Shown: positions 50,662-62,435 of the stretch, in pieces | Layout: each line of letters opens with the position of its first letter | Numbering within the stretch: position 1 is the first letter of the stretch | Origin: Bugula neritina | Taxonomy: Eukaryota > Animalia > Bryozoa | Direction: 5' to 3' | NCBI GenBank assembly: GCA_964035545.1 | Contig: OZ037768.1 | Span: 10,262,741 to 10,326,740 of the forward strand | Length of the DNA stretch: 64,000 nucleotides | Position numbers and translations under genes: made by a program | The notes under the pieces: generated by a model | The model's input: only the letters and a program-made list of their open reading frames with translations | The model's database searches: none | What the model was told of the DNA's origin: nothing

Positions 50662-52468
50662 TTATTCATTGCTCTGTACACAGCAACAGAAAAACTTCAA
50701 AAATCGATTTCTTCGGCTTTGGTGTGTGACTGGTTCTTGAACAGATTCAAACTCTACAAAATATATAGCATCTCTTTTGACATATATTAATATTTCTACT
50801 AATTTCTTCTTGGTTTTATTATATGTATTGGCCGTTTCACGTCTTGCTAATACAACTTCATTAGCAATATTTCTTAAAATCAATGACAAAATCTTTCGAA
50901 TAAAATTTTAGCTTGATTTCTGTTGATGGAAGTTTAGAGTCTCTTTGAGGCATTAGTCAAAAGTATCAATGGTTATTAACTATAGTCTTTGTGTAGCAGT
51001 AGCTGGCAGCATGTTTACATGCACACTGTGTGTATGCGTGTTTCATAGTCCATCGTCATAGCATATTAATAGCTCCTAAACAAAAAACAATAAATTCCCA
51101 CAACTGTGCAGCAAAAGCCACAATCAATGAATCAAGTGTATTGCAAAAGCCTAAGACAACAAATCTGCCAGAATATTTCTGTTCCCTTATTTGGAATTAC
51201 TTGGGGCTGGTGGTGCAATTTGGGTGACCAATGGGATCTGGAACACATCATTTTTGTTTATTTGTTTTTTGTGTATTATTCTGCTGCTGTTGGAAAGCAT
51301 TGGTTATCCTGATCAGTTGCAATTAGTAGAGCCAAAGAGCAAGTTTTACTACTTATAATTTTACATTGAACAAGATACATATTACTAACTATTGAAACCT
51401 AAGAGCAGAAGCTGTATTATCAAGTTATCAGAGAAGCGCTAAAGGTTTGTCTGCTATTAATTTTTCTATCATTTATTGTCTTAATGCTGTAATATCGATA
51501 CATTTAGCTTATATTATATGAAATGGTTTATGGCTGACATTATTTTTAATGAATTATTATGTAGTAATATTTTGCTTACTTTAATAATTTTTATGTGTGT
51601 TATTTCCCTACAGTTCTTATTTTCTTGTACTTTATTTAGCCTTATATTGTGTGTATTTTATTTAGATTTCACGGTGTAGCTTTGTGAGCAAAAGTGTTAT
51701 AAGTTGGAATAAAATACTAATAACTACACTCACAAGACATCAGTTGAATTCCTAAACCTACTCTGATAAGCTTGCGGTTGCTAGCAGACCTAACAAAACT
51801 GCTACACTTTGCATCCAACTTCTCACTGATTGTTCTAATATTTCCCTCTATTTATCAGGAAGTAACGCTTTTATAATAAAACTTTTAGCTGAATCAAATT
51901 ACATTGTATATACTGACCTGTATGTGCTTCAATAGATGATTCAACCGAAGTGGGTGGTTGCATCTCTTTGACTGCTTGTCTGACACTGTTGAGAGGAAAG
52001 TTGGGTGAGTCTCCACCGGCCAGTAAAAGTTCTGTTGCAAAATATATCAAATGTGTTGCAGTTAGTTGAATACTAATATTTTATTTAGGTTTTTTTATAT
52101 CAAATTTGCAATGTTAGTCAGCAGTGGCTATTACAATTATCTAAACTTGTGTGGATGAAAATAACGAATGAGCTTAATTGTGGACCAAAATGTTTCACGG
52201 TAATATTTTAGGTATCGATTAAAATATGACAACATCTTAGAATCACATTTATATATGCTAATATTTTAAACTACTTCAGATTTTGCTTCTTTGTAATTAT
52301 TTTCTTAGCTTTAATATTTACCAGACATATTGGGAAGCATTGGAAGTTGTCCCCCATCAGCTTTGTGGCTCTGTACCAAATTTAGTCTCTCTGCAGATTT
52401 TTTCTTTCCATCAGCACTTTTTTTATTTTGTGTTACAGACTGTCGCAAAAAGTCTTTGACCATCTCAT
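50662..52468 (-). CDS. Orphan copy B exons (3' exons of the 53869 gene, or a separate small gene from ATG 52463); ends RRNRFLKFFCCCVQSNE*
   Basis: Exons 52468-52322, 52031-51918, 50753-50662; all phase 1, GT-AG; homologous to 49201-48067 including introns and 3' flank. Confidence 0.65.
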
Positions 52469-52629
52469 CTAATGAAATGACAGGAAGTTAATTTCAAAAG
52501 TGAGCTCTTTTTATTACATAAAATCAAAATTGTTTTTCATCTTTACAAAGTTAAAAAGCTGCTCAACAAAAGGAAAATATAATGTACCATTGTAATCCTT
52601 GAGTTTTTTAGTGGCAAGTGGTAACGAGT

Positions 52630-53869
52630 TCATTTCCACTCTCTCCCCTGACCTTGAATTTCTTTCTTTGCTGGTCTGAGTTTAGTAGGAGTGGCTTGTT
52701 TTATCTCTTTCCTCACCTCTTTAGTGGACTTCACTTTCTTGTAGAGTTCAGTAGCAGTGTTTGCTGTAACATTGCATTACAAAGGGTTTCATGTAGAAAC
52801 TTATACTAAAGATAATATTTAAAATGACACCATAGATTTTTCAAGTCAGCAACAAGGTAATAAATTAGAAAAAAGTAGGTGAGTAGCTAATTTAACTTAC
52901 GCATAATAATATCCGAGCGAAGGTAAAACTTGTGAGTTTTTGGCCGAGCTCCAGTCCCTTCGAACTTTTTCAGGAAGTCTTCTAGCATTATTGGCTTTGC
53001 GGGTTGATTCGACAAAGGAGCTGGGTTTCTGGTGTGATGCGGTGTTTTTTCTGGTTCTAACTTCTCTGTGAGATGTGGAGGAAGAGAAGCTGGTATGTTA
53101 GCAGTGGACCTCCCGTGCCAGCAGGCACCTGCACATCCACACTCATTCCAGGGCCAATTCTCATCTATCACACTTATTTGGTTCTTGACTTCATTGGTTG
53201 TGCATGATCCTAATTCTTGAGTTTTGATTGGTTTCACAACAGCTTTGAAATTGTTTGGTGTAATTTCACAAGAGAACAAGGGATTGCGTGTTGAAAGTGA
53301 CTCCACCTTCTTTAAATCTTTTTTCTTTTGATCCTTGCTGTCACCAAACAAACATTCAATAAGTTAAACACTACTTAAACATGTAAGATGCTGCATTAAG
53401 CTGTATTATAGTTTATTATGATACTCATCTTGTAGAAAGTTTTAACATCCCATTTCATAATTGAACTACCAACATTTTGGTATTGGTGGATTCACAAAAA
53501 ATATGTCTGTTTGAAGCCCATACTTACCTTTGACTGTCCAGAGCTTTAGTTTTCAGCCCATAATACTCTTTAATGACTAGTCCAAGTATAATGAAGTTAT
53601 AAAACATCACCTCCCATTGGCTGTAACAAATAATTATCACACTCAATTGGGTAAATATTTTCCAATGTTGAATAATAGAAAACAATTTCAAAAAATTAAA
53701 GCAAAAGCTTCACATGCATAAAATTGTCAAATGATAATAACAAAAAATTATCTAATTTGTTATTATATTTATTAAAGAATAAAACTTACCAATACAATTC
53801 CACTGCCAAGTGAGTGGATACTAGCAGGTTAATCAAACAGATAAATAGAAGCAAAAACATATTTGACAT
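52630..53869 (-). CDS. Orphan membrane protein with two N-terminal hydrophobic segments (247 aa as read; ~379 aa if a 1-nt frame break is corrected and copy-B exons are joined)
   Basis: Exons 53869-53790 (MSNMFLLLFICLINLLVSTHLAVELY), 53620-53528 (CQWEVMFYNFIILGLVIKEYYG...), 53337-52901 (strong GTAAGT donor), 52763-52630 (TGA) or to the donor at 52588. Confidence 0.65.
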
Positions 53870-54364
53870 TATAATAAACAGTTGAATGAAGAGGCATAAA
53901 ATGTTTACATTTAGCATGAAACATTCACATATAGTTGCAGCAATAAACTGTAACTTTGTTAACTCAGTAGATGTGCAATTAAGGCATCATTGTGTCACAC
54001 ATTATGTCATCATTCATTATTGAACATTTTTTGAATATCTCGTTCTGCTATTTTAACAATACATTTAAATAATTGTAATAATAGAAGACAAAAATGTCCA
54101 TATTTGAATGCATTAAAGAGTTTTGGTGTACTGACTTCTTTTCAAAATGTTCTCATATATAATTAAGTATTTGTAAATTGAAGTTTTACAGCTAAGTTTT
54201 AGACGGACTACCATGCCTATTTATCTAACATTTATCACCTCGTGGAAATTATTTTCTAAGCACTAACTACTATTATTACATATTATTAAGCCCAGCCATT
54301 ACTCTTTTTCCGCATATACTGTAATCTATAATGAGTAAATAAAATGCAGCTGTAGGAGAATCAG

Positions 54365-54372
54365 TGACGTCA
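54365..54372. promoter_or_regulatory. Full CRE palindrome TGACGTCA between two divergent genes
   Basis: Exact match ~500 nt upstream of ATG 53869 (-) and ~700 nt upstream of ATG 55078 (+). A single 8-mer can occur by chance. Confidence 0.3.
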
Positions 54373-55077
54373 TCTGACTAAATCTACCTTAACAATTTGT
54401 TCTTTGTATATGTATGCTGTTTTAAGTATTTTAAATTTTTTTTATCTTTATCTTACTTTTGTAAAAGACCTAGATAAATCACACACCTATACACATTTAT
54501 GTTGAGTTTATCAGCGATCGATTGATATTTATAGCTTTTTTATTAACTATACTATTTATTATAAACATATTATACTTTTATTAATGAAATATATTGTACA
54601 ATTGTATAACACTGGTGTAAATTTATTCATTCAAATTGTAGGTTTATACAGCTAACTGTTGATTTTTTCTAACATCGAGATAGCATATATTAAGCCAGGA
54701 TAATATAAGCTGCGTAATTGTTACAAGATAATTATTTTTCTATGTTGTAGTATGCAATTGTCTTCTCTGAGGGCCGGAAGCTGGAAACTGTTTTAAAGTC
54801 TTAAGCAGCTTTATCTAAATTATACTAAATAAATATACAACTAAAATTATTGATGGTAATTGCAGCCTACATTTACATAATAAACATATTATTGATAATG
54901 ATACGAAAACTTTTCACATCTAGTTGCACAATGCAAGTATTTTATTGTGAAGTTGTCTTCCCACTGCTGTTATGAGTCATCACATCACCTATTGTAAAGA
55001 TGAAAGGTTTCTTACTGCAGTTTATTAGAGCAGTCCTGACAGCTGACACCCTGTGTATGGTGTGAGACTTTAACAAA

Positions 55078-58000
55078 ATGAAACTACTAGTTGTTGTTGC
55101 TACTTGCACCTTGTTTCTTTATGCACACGGTGTACAAATCATTACATCACCATCTGGGCTTATCAGATATGCTGTTGGAGATGGTATGTATATTAATTAT
55201 ATTACTGTGTCTTAACTTGTCATTTATGAAACTGGAAAATAGTCATATAGTTTTAGAATTTATATCAGCTGTTGAAGTATAATGACATCAGTTCTTAATT
55301 TTGTATAATTTTACAAGCTAATGATTGGTCAGTATGAAGATGTTTAGCTAGCAGTTAATTTAAGGATTATGTTGGCAACATCTGAAAATCAGCTATTTTT
55401 ATTGTTATACAGATATCATATAATTTTAGATTCAATTGTGTAGTAGTATAGGTGTATAAAAATAGTTTTTCAGGGAAGTGTAGTTCAATGAGCTTAAAAC
55501 TTAACTGCAGCCCAATTGCACTCTAATAAGCTACAATATGCTTATTACCTAAATACATTTTCTTTTAATTTGAACTTTGTAAATGCTTTTTTTGTTTCTG
55601 CTAGCTGTTAGGCATAAGGTCTAGTGGTTTATTATTTTATCAGCCATTCATTCAAAATTCACTGTAAAAATTGTTATACCGGCTAATTTAAATGTTGAAC
55701 TTTATGGCATTGTATCCCAAAATATTCATCTTAGAAAAGAAGAACCTTATGCTAACAATGGTTTTTACATAAACCTTAAATTTCTACAAATTTTATGTGC
55801 TTGCTCTCTTTTATATGAAAGTTCACCTAATCTCGGATGAGAGAAGATAATTTCATAATATAAATGTTTCAAGAGGAATATTAGAAAATAGTCTAATAAA
55901 GCCGATGACTCTGTTTAAGAAATTAGAACTGCATGTTGCACTAATTCTGTTTTTCTGTGCAGACCCACCTATTATTATATTGTTTATCTACAAACACACA
56001 GCACTTATACAAATTGACTATTTCAAAATTAGGCAATCGTTGCTTTTAGTTGAGAGTGGTGTAGTAATATCAGCCCCACATGACGGCGCTATGGAACCAC
56101 CTGATTACGGAAAGAGATATCCCAATGGATGTTATGACAACGGAAACTGCGTATTTAACAGCACTTACTGCACAGACAAACTTTCTGTTGAAGTCTGCTG
56201 GACAACCTTGACACGAGACACAAACACTCTCAGTATTACAAATCATTTGGCAGATAGAATAGCAAACGGAACAGATGGAGGTTAGTGAGAAAGGTGAAGT
56301 AATGAATAAATTGAGAAAAACCTGTGATCTAGATTAGAAATGTAGCAAAAAAAGTTATGTTCTCGAAAAAGCTTTTGTTCCTCACCCAAACCAAAATCTA
56401 TTTAAAAATGAAAGATCTTAAGCTGATAAAATTTCTCCCCTACTGTACGTAAAGGAGGCAAGTAAGACAAAATAATTTCAGGGCTAGATTTTCAGCTGCC
56501 TGTCAGTTGAAACTTAATCTCCATATAAAAAGCTATATTAACTAAATCCGAAGCATTTCGAAAATGACAATTAAAAAACACCCATTTGGAAAATGGACAA
56601 ATCATCAAGAGACAATTTGAAAATAGATAATTAGAAAATGGACAATTGGAAAATATAGACGTTTAGAAAATGATATTTTGAAAATGAAAAATCTTCAACA
56701 TGGCCTAGTTCGGAGAAAGCGTTCAGCATTTGGTCAAGTCGAAAAGAGCTTTTAAAAATGTATATACTGGCCGAATCAGTTAGGCTATCATGGAAGTAAA
56801 ATTAGTTCCTGAATAGTTTCAATTAAAAATTGTCCATTTTTATAATAAGCTATTTTGAACCTGGCCAGATGCTAAACGCCCCCTTTAGACTAGGCCATGT
56901 TGAAATTTTTTTTTCATTTTCCAAATGTCATTTCCAAGCGTCTATATTATCCAATTGTCCATTTTAAAATTATCTATTTTTGAATTGTCTCTTGATGATT
57001 TGTCCATTTTCCAAATGGGTGGTTTCTAATTGTCATTTTCGTCACCATATTAACTATCACAAAAAGCTTGTTTGAGTATTTTAAAGATGCAGTTTTAGAC
57101 CAGTTTTAATTGTTTCTTATAGTCCTTACATGGTCTACTTTTAATATAAAATATTTTAGTGCGGCCACACATCATCATATGCGATCTAGCTCGATCAGTA
57201 GTGGATGTCAATAGACACATTGATGAAGCGACATTTGGAAGTGAAAAGGCAGCAGTTGTGTTCCACGAATACCATTATTATGTCCAGCAAGCACTCAGTG
57301 TCGCTGCCAGTGGAAACAGAACTGTTTTCTTTCTTGATATTCACGGTCAAGTAGGTAACTGCAGCGCTGCTACATCATCTTAAAGTATGCTTCTCATACT
57401 GAAACATGTACCAGCACTTATAGAGTTGAGATACCAACAAGCCTACATGATATCTAACCTATACTGTGTAGGGTTGTAGGCATAATAATAGTACAATTAT
57501 GTGGGCTGTTGCTAGGTCCTCTATTCATGTTTATATATAGGTTTGAGTAACTCAGTTACTGGTATATTGAGAGATTTTTCCAGTGAACCTATTAATTTAC
57601 CCAGTCTTTAATAATTTGCCTGTTCAGGGAGTAACCGTGGTCTAAGGGTTATACTTTAGAGTGTTTGCTTAGTCAACACAAAGTCATGGGTTCAAACCCG
57701 ACAAATGCCATTGGTGATGTTAGGAAGAACACCCAGTCATAATTGCTCCTGTGCCTCATCTGAATAAGTACTTAGCCAAATTTAACAAAAAAACCTTTCC
57801 ATTAGGGGATGGCTACTGTAAACTTGTGGGAGTGAGTTAATAATTTGTCTGTGCAAGGGAAGTTTCACTGTATGAATAACTTAGCTTTGTTTTACTAGTT
57901 ATAGCGAAATTAATTTAACATAGTTTCCCTGAAAACTGAATGTCATTCTCTGTGGTGTGGTTTATTCATTGACTCCAAAGATTAAATATGATATTATTGT

Positions 58001-59550
58001 GTGATACAGACTGGCAACAATAAGACCTGTCTTGGCTATTTGATTGACAATGATGTGCCGGATGGACTAATTCAAGATGTAGTACCAGATAGCCAAGCAC
58101 CTAATACTTCATTGGCACACTTAGTAAAGGTTTCGGGACAGTCCTTAGATGCTTTATTAAGAGGACCTGAGTCTATTGGTGGGCTAATAGAAAGTTCATC
58201 TAGATTTCAAGTTATCCCCTCTCCCAACAATCCAATATCTCTAGCAGGATTCTACTATCACGGAGGAATCAATGTACACAAGTATGTTTATAAAACTCAC
58301 ATTACAATTATTATCTAGTTTAGTTTTGCCCTATTATATAGCAGAACAAGTTTTATAATAAACTGTTGTAATGTTTTAGGTCTACAATAGTATAGTATAT
58401 TTGTCACACAACCTGTTGCTGAAATTAACTTATCATATAATATGATATGCTACATGATACGGCATATATAATATGTTACATGATGGCTATATAATATGAT
58501 GCATCATATGATATATAATATATCATATGAAATATCACACATAATATATATATCATAATCATATATGCTGTGATATTTTAAATGATTATGATGTATTGTA
58601 TGACATGAGATATGATGTGTTATATGATACGTTATATGATGTGATATATGACTTTTGTACATAGAACCACATTATTATTCAAAAGTTTTGTCTCCAGCTT
58701 CAAAACCCGAGCTAATTATAAATGGTTTGAGTGGATACCAAGAGCCCACATCACTTTCTTTCAGCAGTAATAACATAGCATAGCATATGCATGTAGCAGT
58801 CAAATTGGTATGATGCTGCTTATTAAAATAAATCCTCTCAGGCAGTAACTTGCATAAAAAAGAAAAAAATTAACAGCGTTTTGTGCAGCACTTGTTGGGT
58901 ACATTAATTACATAAATTCCCAACCCATCACAGTATATTGATTTTGAAAAATCAGCACTCACTTCTGACTATCCAATTACGGTTTCTAAACATCCTGCAC
59001 ACCAGTTTTAGAAAAGCAGCGATAATGTAAAATGGCCGTATTGTTCATGAAAATCTCTTGATGTCGACAGGCACTTTACAGCTCAAATTTTGCACACATG
59101 AAAATAACTGATTCCTATCTGCAATGTGGTCATCATGTCAAATGTTATGTTATTTAAAAATGCACTATAACTCTGCTAGCAGTACTTTAGTGACACTCTA
59201 ACAAAACTAGTTTTAGTTTTGTATATTATTACATTGCTATTCCTGCAGCTTAAAGTTTCGGTCAGTGTTTTAGCGTACAGAGATGCATATTTGCGGTTGG
59301 GGGGGGGGGGGAAGGCTTATCTAAATGCTGATAGATGTTGTATCCATCATACAAGCTATAAAATTTAAAAAGTTTTTATAAATTATAAACAAAAAGCTAA
59401 TGTTTCGATGTTTGTAGGTATGCAGTGGACACTGTCATAGGCATTCAAGCAGAAATAAATGTAGAAGCCAGAAGAACTGAAGCTGTGAGAAAAGAATTTT
59501 CCTACTCATTTGGAGACGCTGTTTTGTACTGGCTTAAAAACTTTTTTTGA
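55078..59550 (+). CDS. Secreted N-formylglutamate amidohydrolase (FGase/HutG)-like Zn-dependent hydrolase, ~310 aa
   Basis: Exons 55078-55183 (signal peptide MKLLVVVATCTLFLYAHG), 56050-56280, 57160-57350, 58010-58281, 59418-59550 (933 nt, phases consistent). Motifs VISAPHDG, TRDTNT, ARSVVDVNR, FLDIHGQ, YYHGG, IGIQAE fit the FGase family pattern. Confidence 0.8.
56545..57046. mobile_element. Foldback MITE (MULE-like) with ~190-bp imperfect TIRs
   Basis: 56559-56750 is reverse-complementary to ~56850-57041; internal GAAAATG repeats; flanking 10-bp direct repeat ATATTAACTA at 56535-56544 and 57047-57056. Confidence 0.8.
57627..57837 (+). mobile_element. tRNA-derived SINE, same family as 40051-40262
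   Basis: A box TGGTCTAAGGG, B box GGTTCAAACCC, shared body; 18-bp TSD with 2 mismatches at 57609-57626 and 57838-57855. Confidence 0.85.
58430..58652. repeat. Degenerate (ATATG/ATATC)n pentamer tract
   Basis: Pentamer periodicity such as tatgatatgc, gatatgatgt. Confidence 0.7.
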
Positions 59551-62344
59551 AAGTTCATACTTCATCTTGCTTGTCAGACAAATAACACTTTGACATACAT
59601 TGTCTGTTGGTAGCCACCATTCGGCAAGTTTTTTCACTGTGAAGTACAAACTGTTTGGGCTTTTTAATATTACTGAGAAAAATAGGTAGACTGCACAATA
59701 TTATTATGATGGTATTTACACAGCATAAACAAACAGTATCCATATATTGATACTACACCAACTACTTTCTAAATATAGTTTGTTGTTCAGCTAGAGTCTA
59801 GACTAACGCTATAGTCCAATAATGATTTTTAACTTTAAATTTTACTACTTTTTATACTGTAGCAGAGTTATAAGTTACTTTACTCATGCGAAAAACCATT
59901 TTAATATAAGCGATATTAGAATTAGGTCAACATAGAAAATACTGTCAAATTCATTTTTGTGTTCCCAAAAATCAAAGGTATTAGAAATCAAATTCAATCA
60001 GCTAAAATTAAAATAATGAGTTCTGTTGAATAAAGAGTTTTAATGACCTGATAATAAGCAGTAATTCGGCCTAGCCTGGGTTTCTTACAAGCCACTACTA
60101 AGTGCTAAGAGTTCCAGCTCTACACACCAAAGGCTAGGGTTGCATAAGTAAAGACACACGCACGCACACATATATATATTACATTATACACATTATATGA
60201 ATCTATAACTAGGTGAATATATGTTACCATGTACAAGCCACTAAACAAATATACTGATGATGAGTTAATGCAGGTAGTTTACTCAGATGGGAGCTAGTGA
60301 AAGGTTAAGATCTCTATCACTATATATATATACTAATTGTTCAATTACAAAGTTAATGAAATAATAAAGACAAAAGTTAATAAAGATGCTTATTTTAATA
60401 TTTCACTATATTGTTAAAAAAACCTCTCAATACATATAAACAGAGCTGTACTTTTCGGTTATTTACACTATGCAGTCATATTTTTATTCCTCAATAAACA
60501 AATTTTATATGCTGCATCAAATTGCTAAGTACGGAGTTATTTTCCCCTGTATAATAATTCTACTTGTACAGTGTTCTTTTCTCTAATTGCAGCAATTTCT
60601 ATAACTACAGCATTATTGGCTTTTATAGCCTGGTATTTATTAAGTATTTTCTATTGCATACATGATATAGGCCCATAAAATTTGTATTTCAAATCTTATA
60701 GAATGTATGGTCATCCTGTGACCTGTAAATGACCTGTCAGCAGGAGTAAAAGCCAACTAATGAAAATTTCATTGAATAGAAAGAATTCAGATTCAAATGA
60801 TTTCTTGTCCTTCATGAAAACCAAAAAATGTTTAAAAGCTTGAAGAAAACTTGACTTATTATATTAAAGTAAATCTGAATCAAACAACTACATTTCACAT
60901 GTTCAATTGCCAGCAAAAGCCCATTGTATAAAAGGTAAAGGATTAAGTTATAATTTCTCTAAAATGCAACCAACAGTATTTTCTCAGATCGATTTTAAAC
61001 CAAAGTCAAGTGCTATATGTTAGAACCTTTTATAACATTAAATATTGATAAGTAATAACCCAATGAAAGAGTGCTCATATTGTGCGTATTCATGTGCGTG
61101 TGTGTGTGTGATGGCGTGGCATAACATGAGGTGGCGTGATGTAACAAAACCTAATACAACATAACATAACACAACATAATATAGCTTATACCGTAGCACA
61201 ACATTTAACATGAGGTAGCCGTAACATGCTGGACCTGGTGTAACACAGATAGCATGTCTGCATTTACTGTTAAATTTTGTTGGCACGGATTCAATCTGAA
61301 GAGATGGGAGGATAATATAATCTACTTTACATATAATACATCATAAATAGCAATAATACAATAACACCGCCCAGGCAACAACTCTCTTTTTAAGGATGGA
61401 CTTTGATCGAGGCTAATAAAACATATTATAGCCACCAAACTCTCACAACTTGTCAAGTACTGAGTCTGCATTCAATAGTCTAGACTCGGTACTCAACTGT
61501 GTTTAATGACTAACGTTGAGGTTTTTAAATTCATTTGAGGCTTCCATTACATGCAAAAGACATTTTTGATTTCCCTCTTTACAAGTTGTACTTTAACAGT
61601 TCAATGTATATGGGTTACAATCATACATACAACAGTCTGTGAAGATAGAACAAGTTAATATTGCAATTATTTGCTTCTCCTAAAATATAGTTTTATATAA
61701 ACTAAATAAATAGCTGTTGCAGTAGCTCTATTGATGATTGCTCCTTGGTGATGCTGGTATAAAGCCACAATAAATAGCAAATAATTTAATTTTTTTTTAT
61801 TAGTCAATCGATCTTAATGTAAAGCCTTTTGTTTTCAAAAAGTTTTCAAACGTAATGAATATTCTGATGCTGCACCTATGCACACGTATATATAAGTTAA
61901 TTGCAACCATCCCTATATAGTAGTGAGGGAAAATCCAGCCAATAGCTATGTTCCTTGAAGGGTGATGCCAAAATATAAACAAATTATTGTTTGTACGTAA
62001 TATCATTCCTAACATTCGAAATTGATGGCGAAATTGTAGCGTGAATATAGCCAAAATTTGTAACAGTTCCCAAAACATATACAGGATATTGATAATGTTT
62101 CATTATGAATGTGCGTTATCTTGTAAACTATAGAGCTTGTAATGTGATGACCAGGTTTTTTCAATTAGAGTGTCATTTTTATGAGTTTATTTTTAATCCA
62201 GTTACTTCGGCACTTTTGTAACTACAGTGGACCAATGGCTGCTACTATATTTATGCTATCATTAGCTCAGAAGAGTATAGCACGGAGGTCCTGTGCATTG
62301 TTAGTCAGTAACAGCCAAATGCAAGCCAACCGTCTGTGTAACTA

Positions 62345-62435
62345 ATGATGGCAGGTATTCTTCGGAGCAGATTGTTATTTTGGTTCAAGTTGTTTGTTTA
62401 TCTCTCAATGTCAACTTTTGGAACAGCTGCGCAAT
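62345..62435 (+). CDS. First coding exon (signal peptide) of an unidentified secreted/membrane protein continuing past the right edge
   Basis: MMAGILRSRLLFWFKLFVYLSMSTFGTAAQ then GTAAGT donor; CCAAT (~62232) and TATA-like element (~62247) upstream; possible exon 2 at 63270-63316 (YPILICPQLFKCCHSM). Confidence 0.55.

Noticed and set aside
50754-50889. N-terminal part of the 75-aa ORF 50662-50889
   Set aside because: Lies upstream of a conserved acceptor (tattttgtag) and is frameshifted in the paralog, so it is intronic.
51030-51312. Short + strand ORFs in the enlarged intron of copy B
   Set aside because: No recognisable motifs or consistent splice phases; possibly a decayed insertion that I cannot classify.
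59295-59315. Poly-G run (G-quadruplex candidate)
   Set aside because: Single intronic homopolymer with no other support; run length is unreliable in assemblies.
61800-62078. 92-aa minus-strand ORF
   Set aside because: No motif or exon context; composition resembles AT-rich non-coding DNA.
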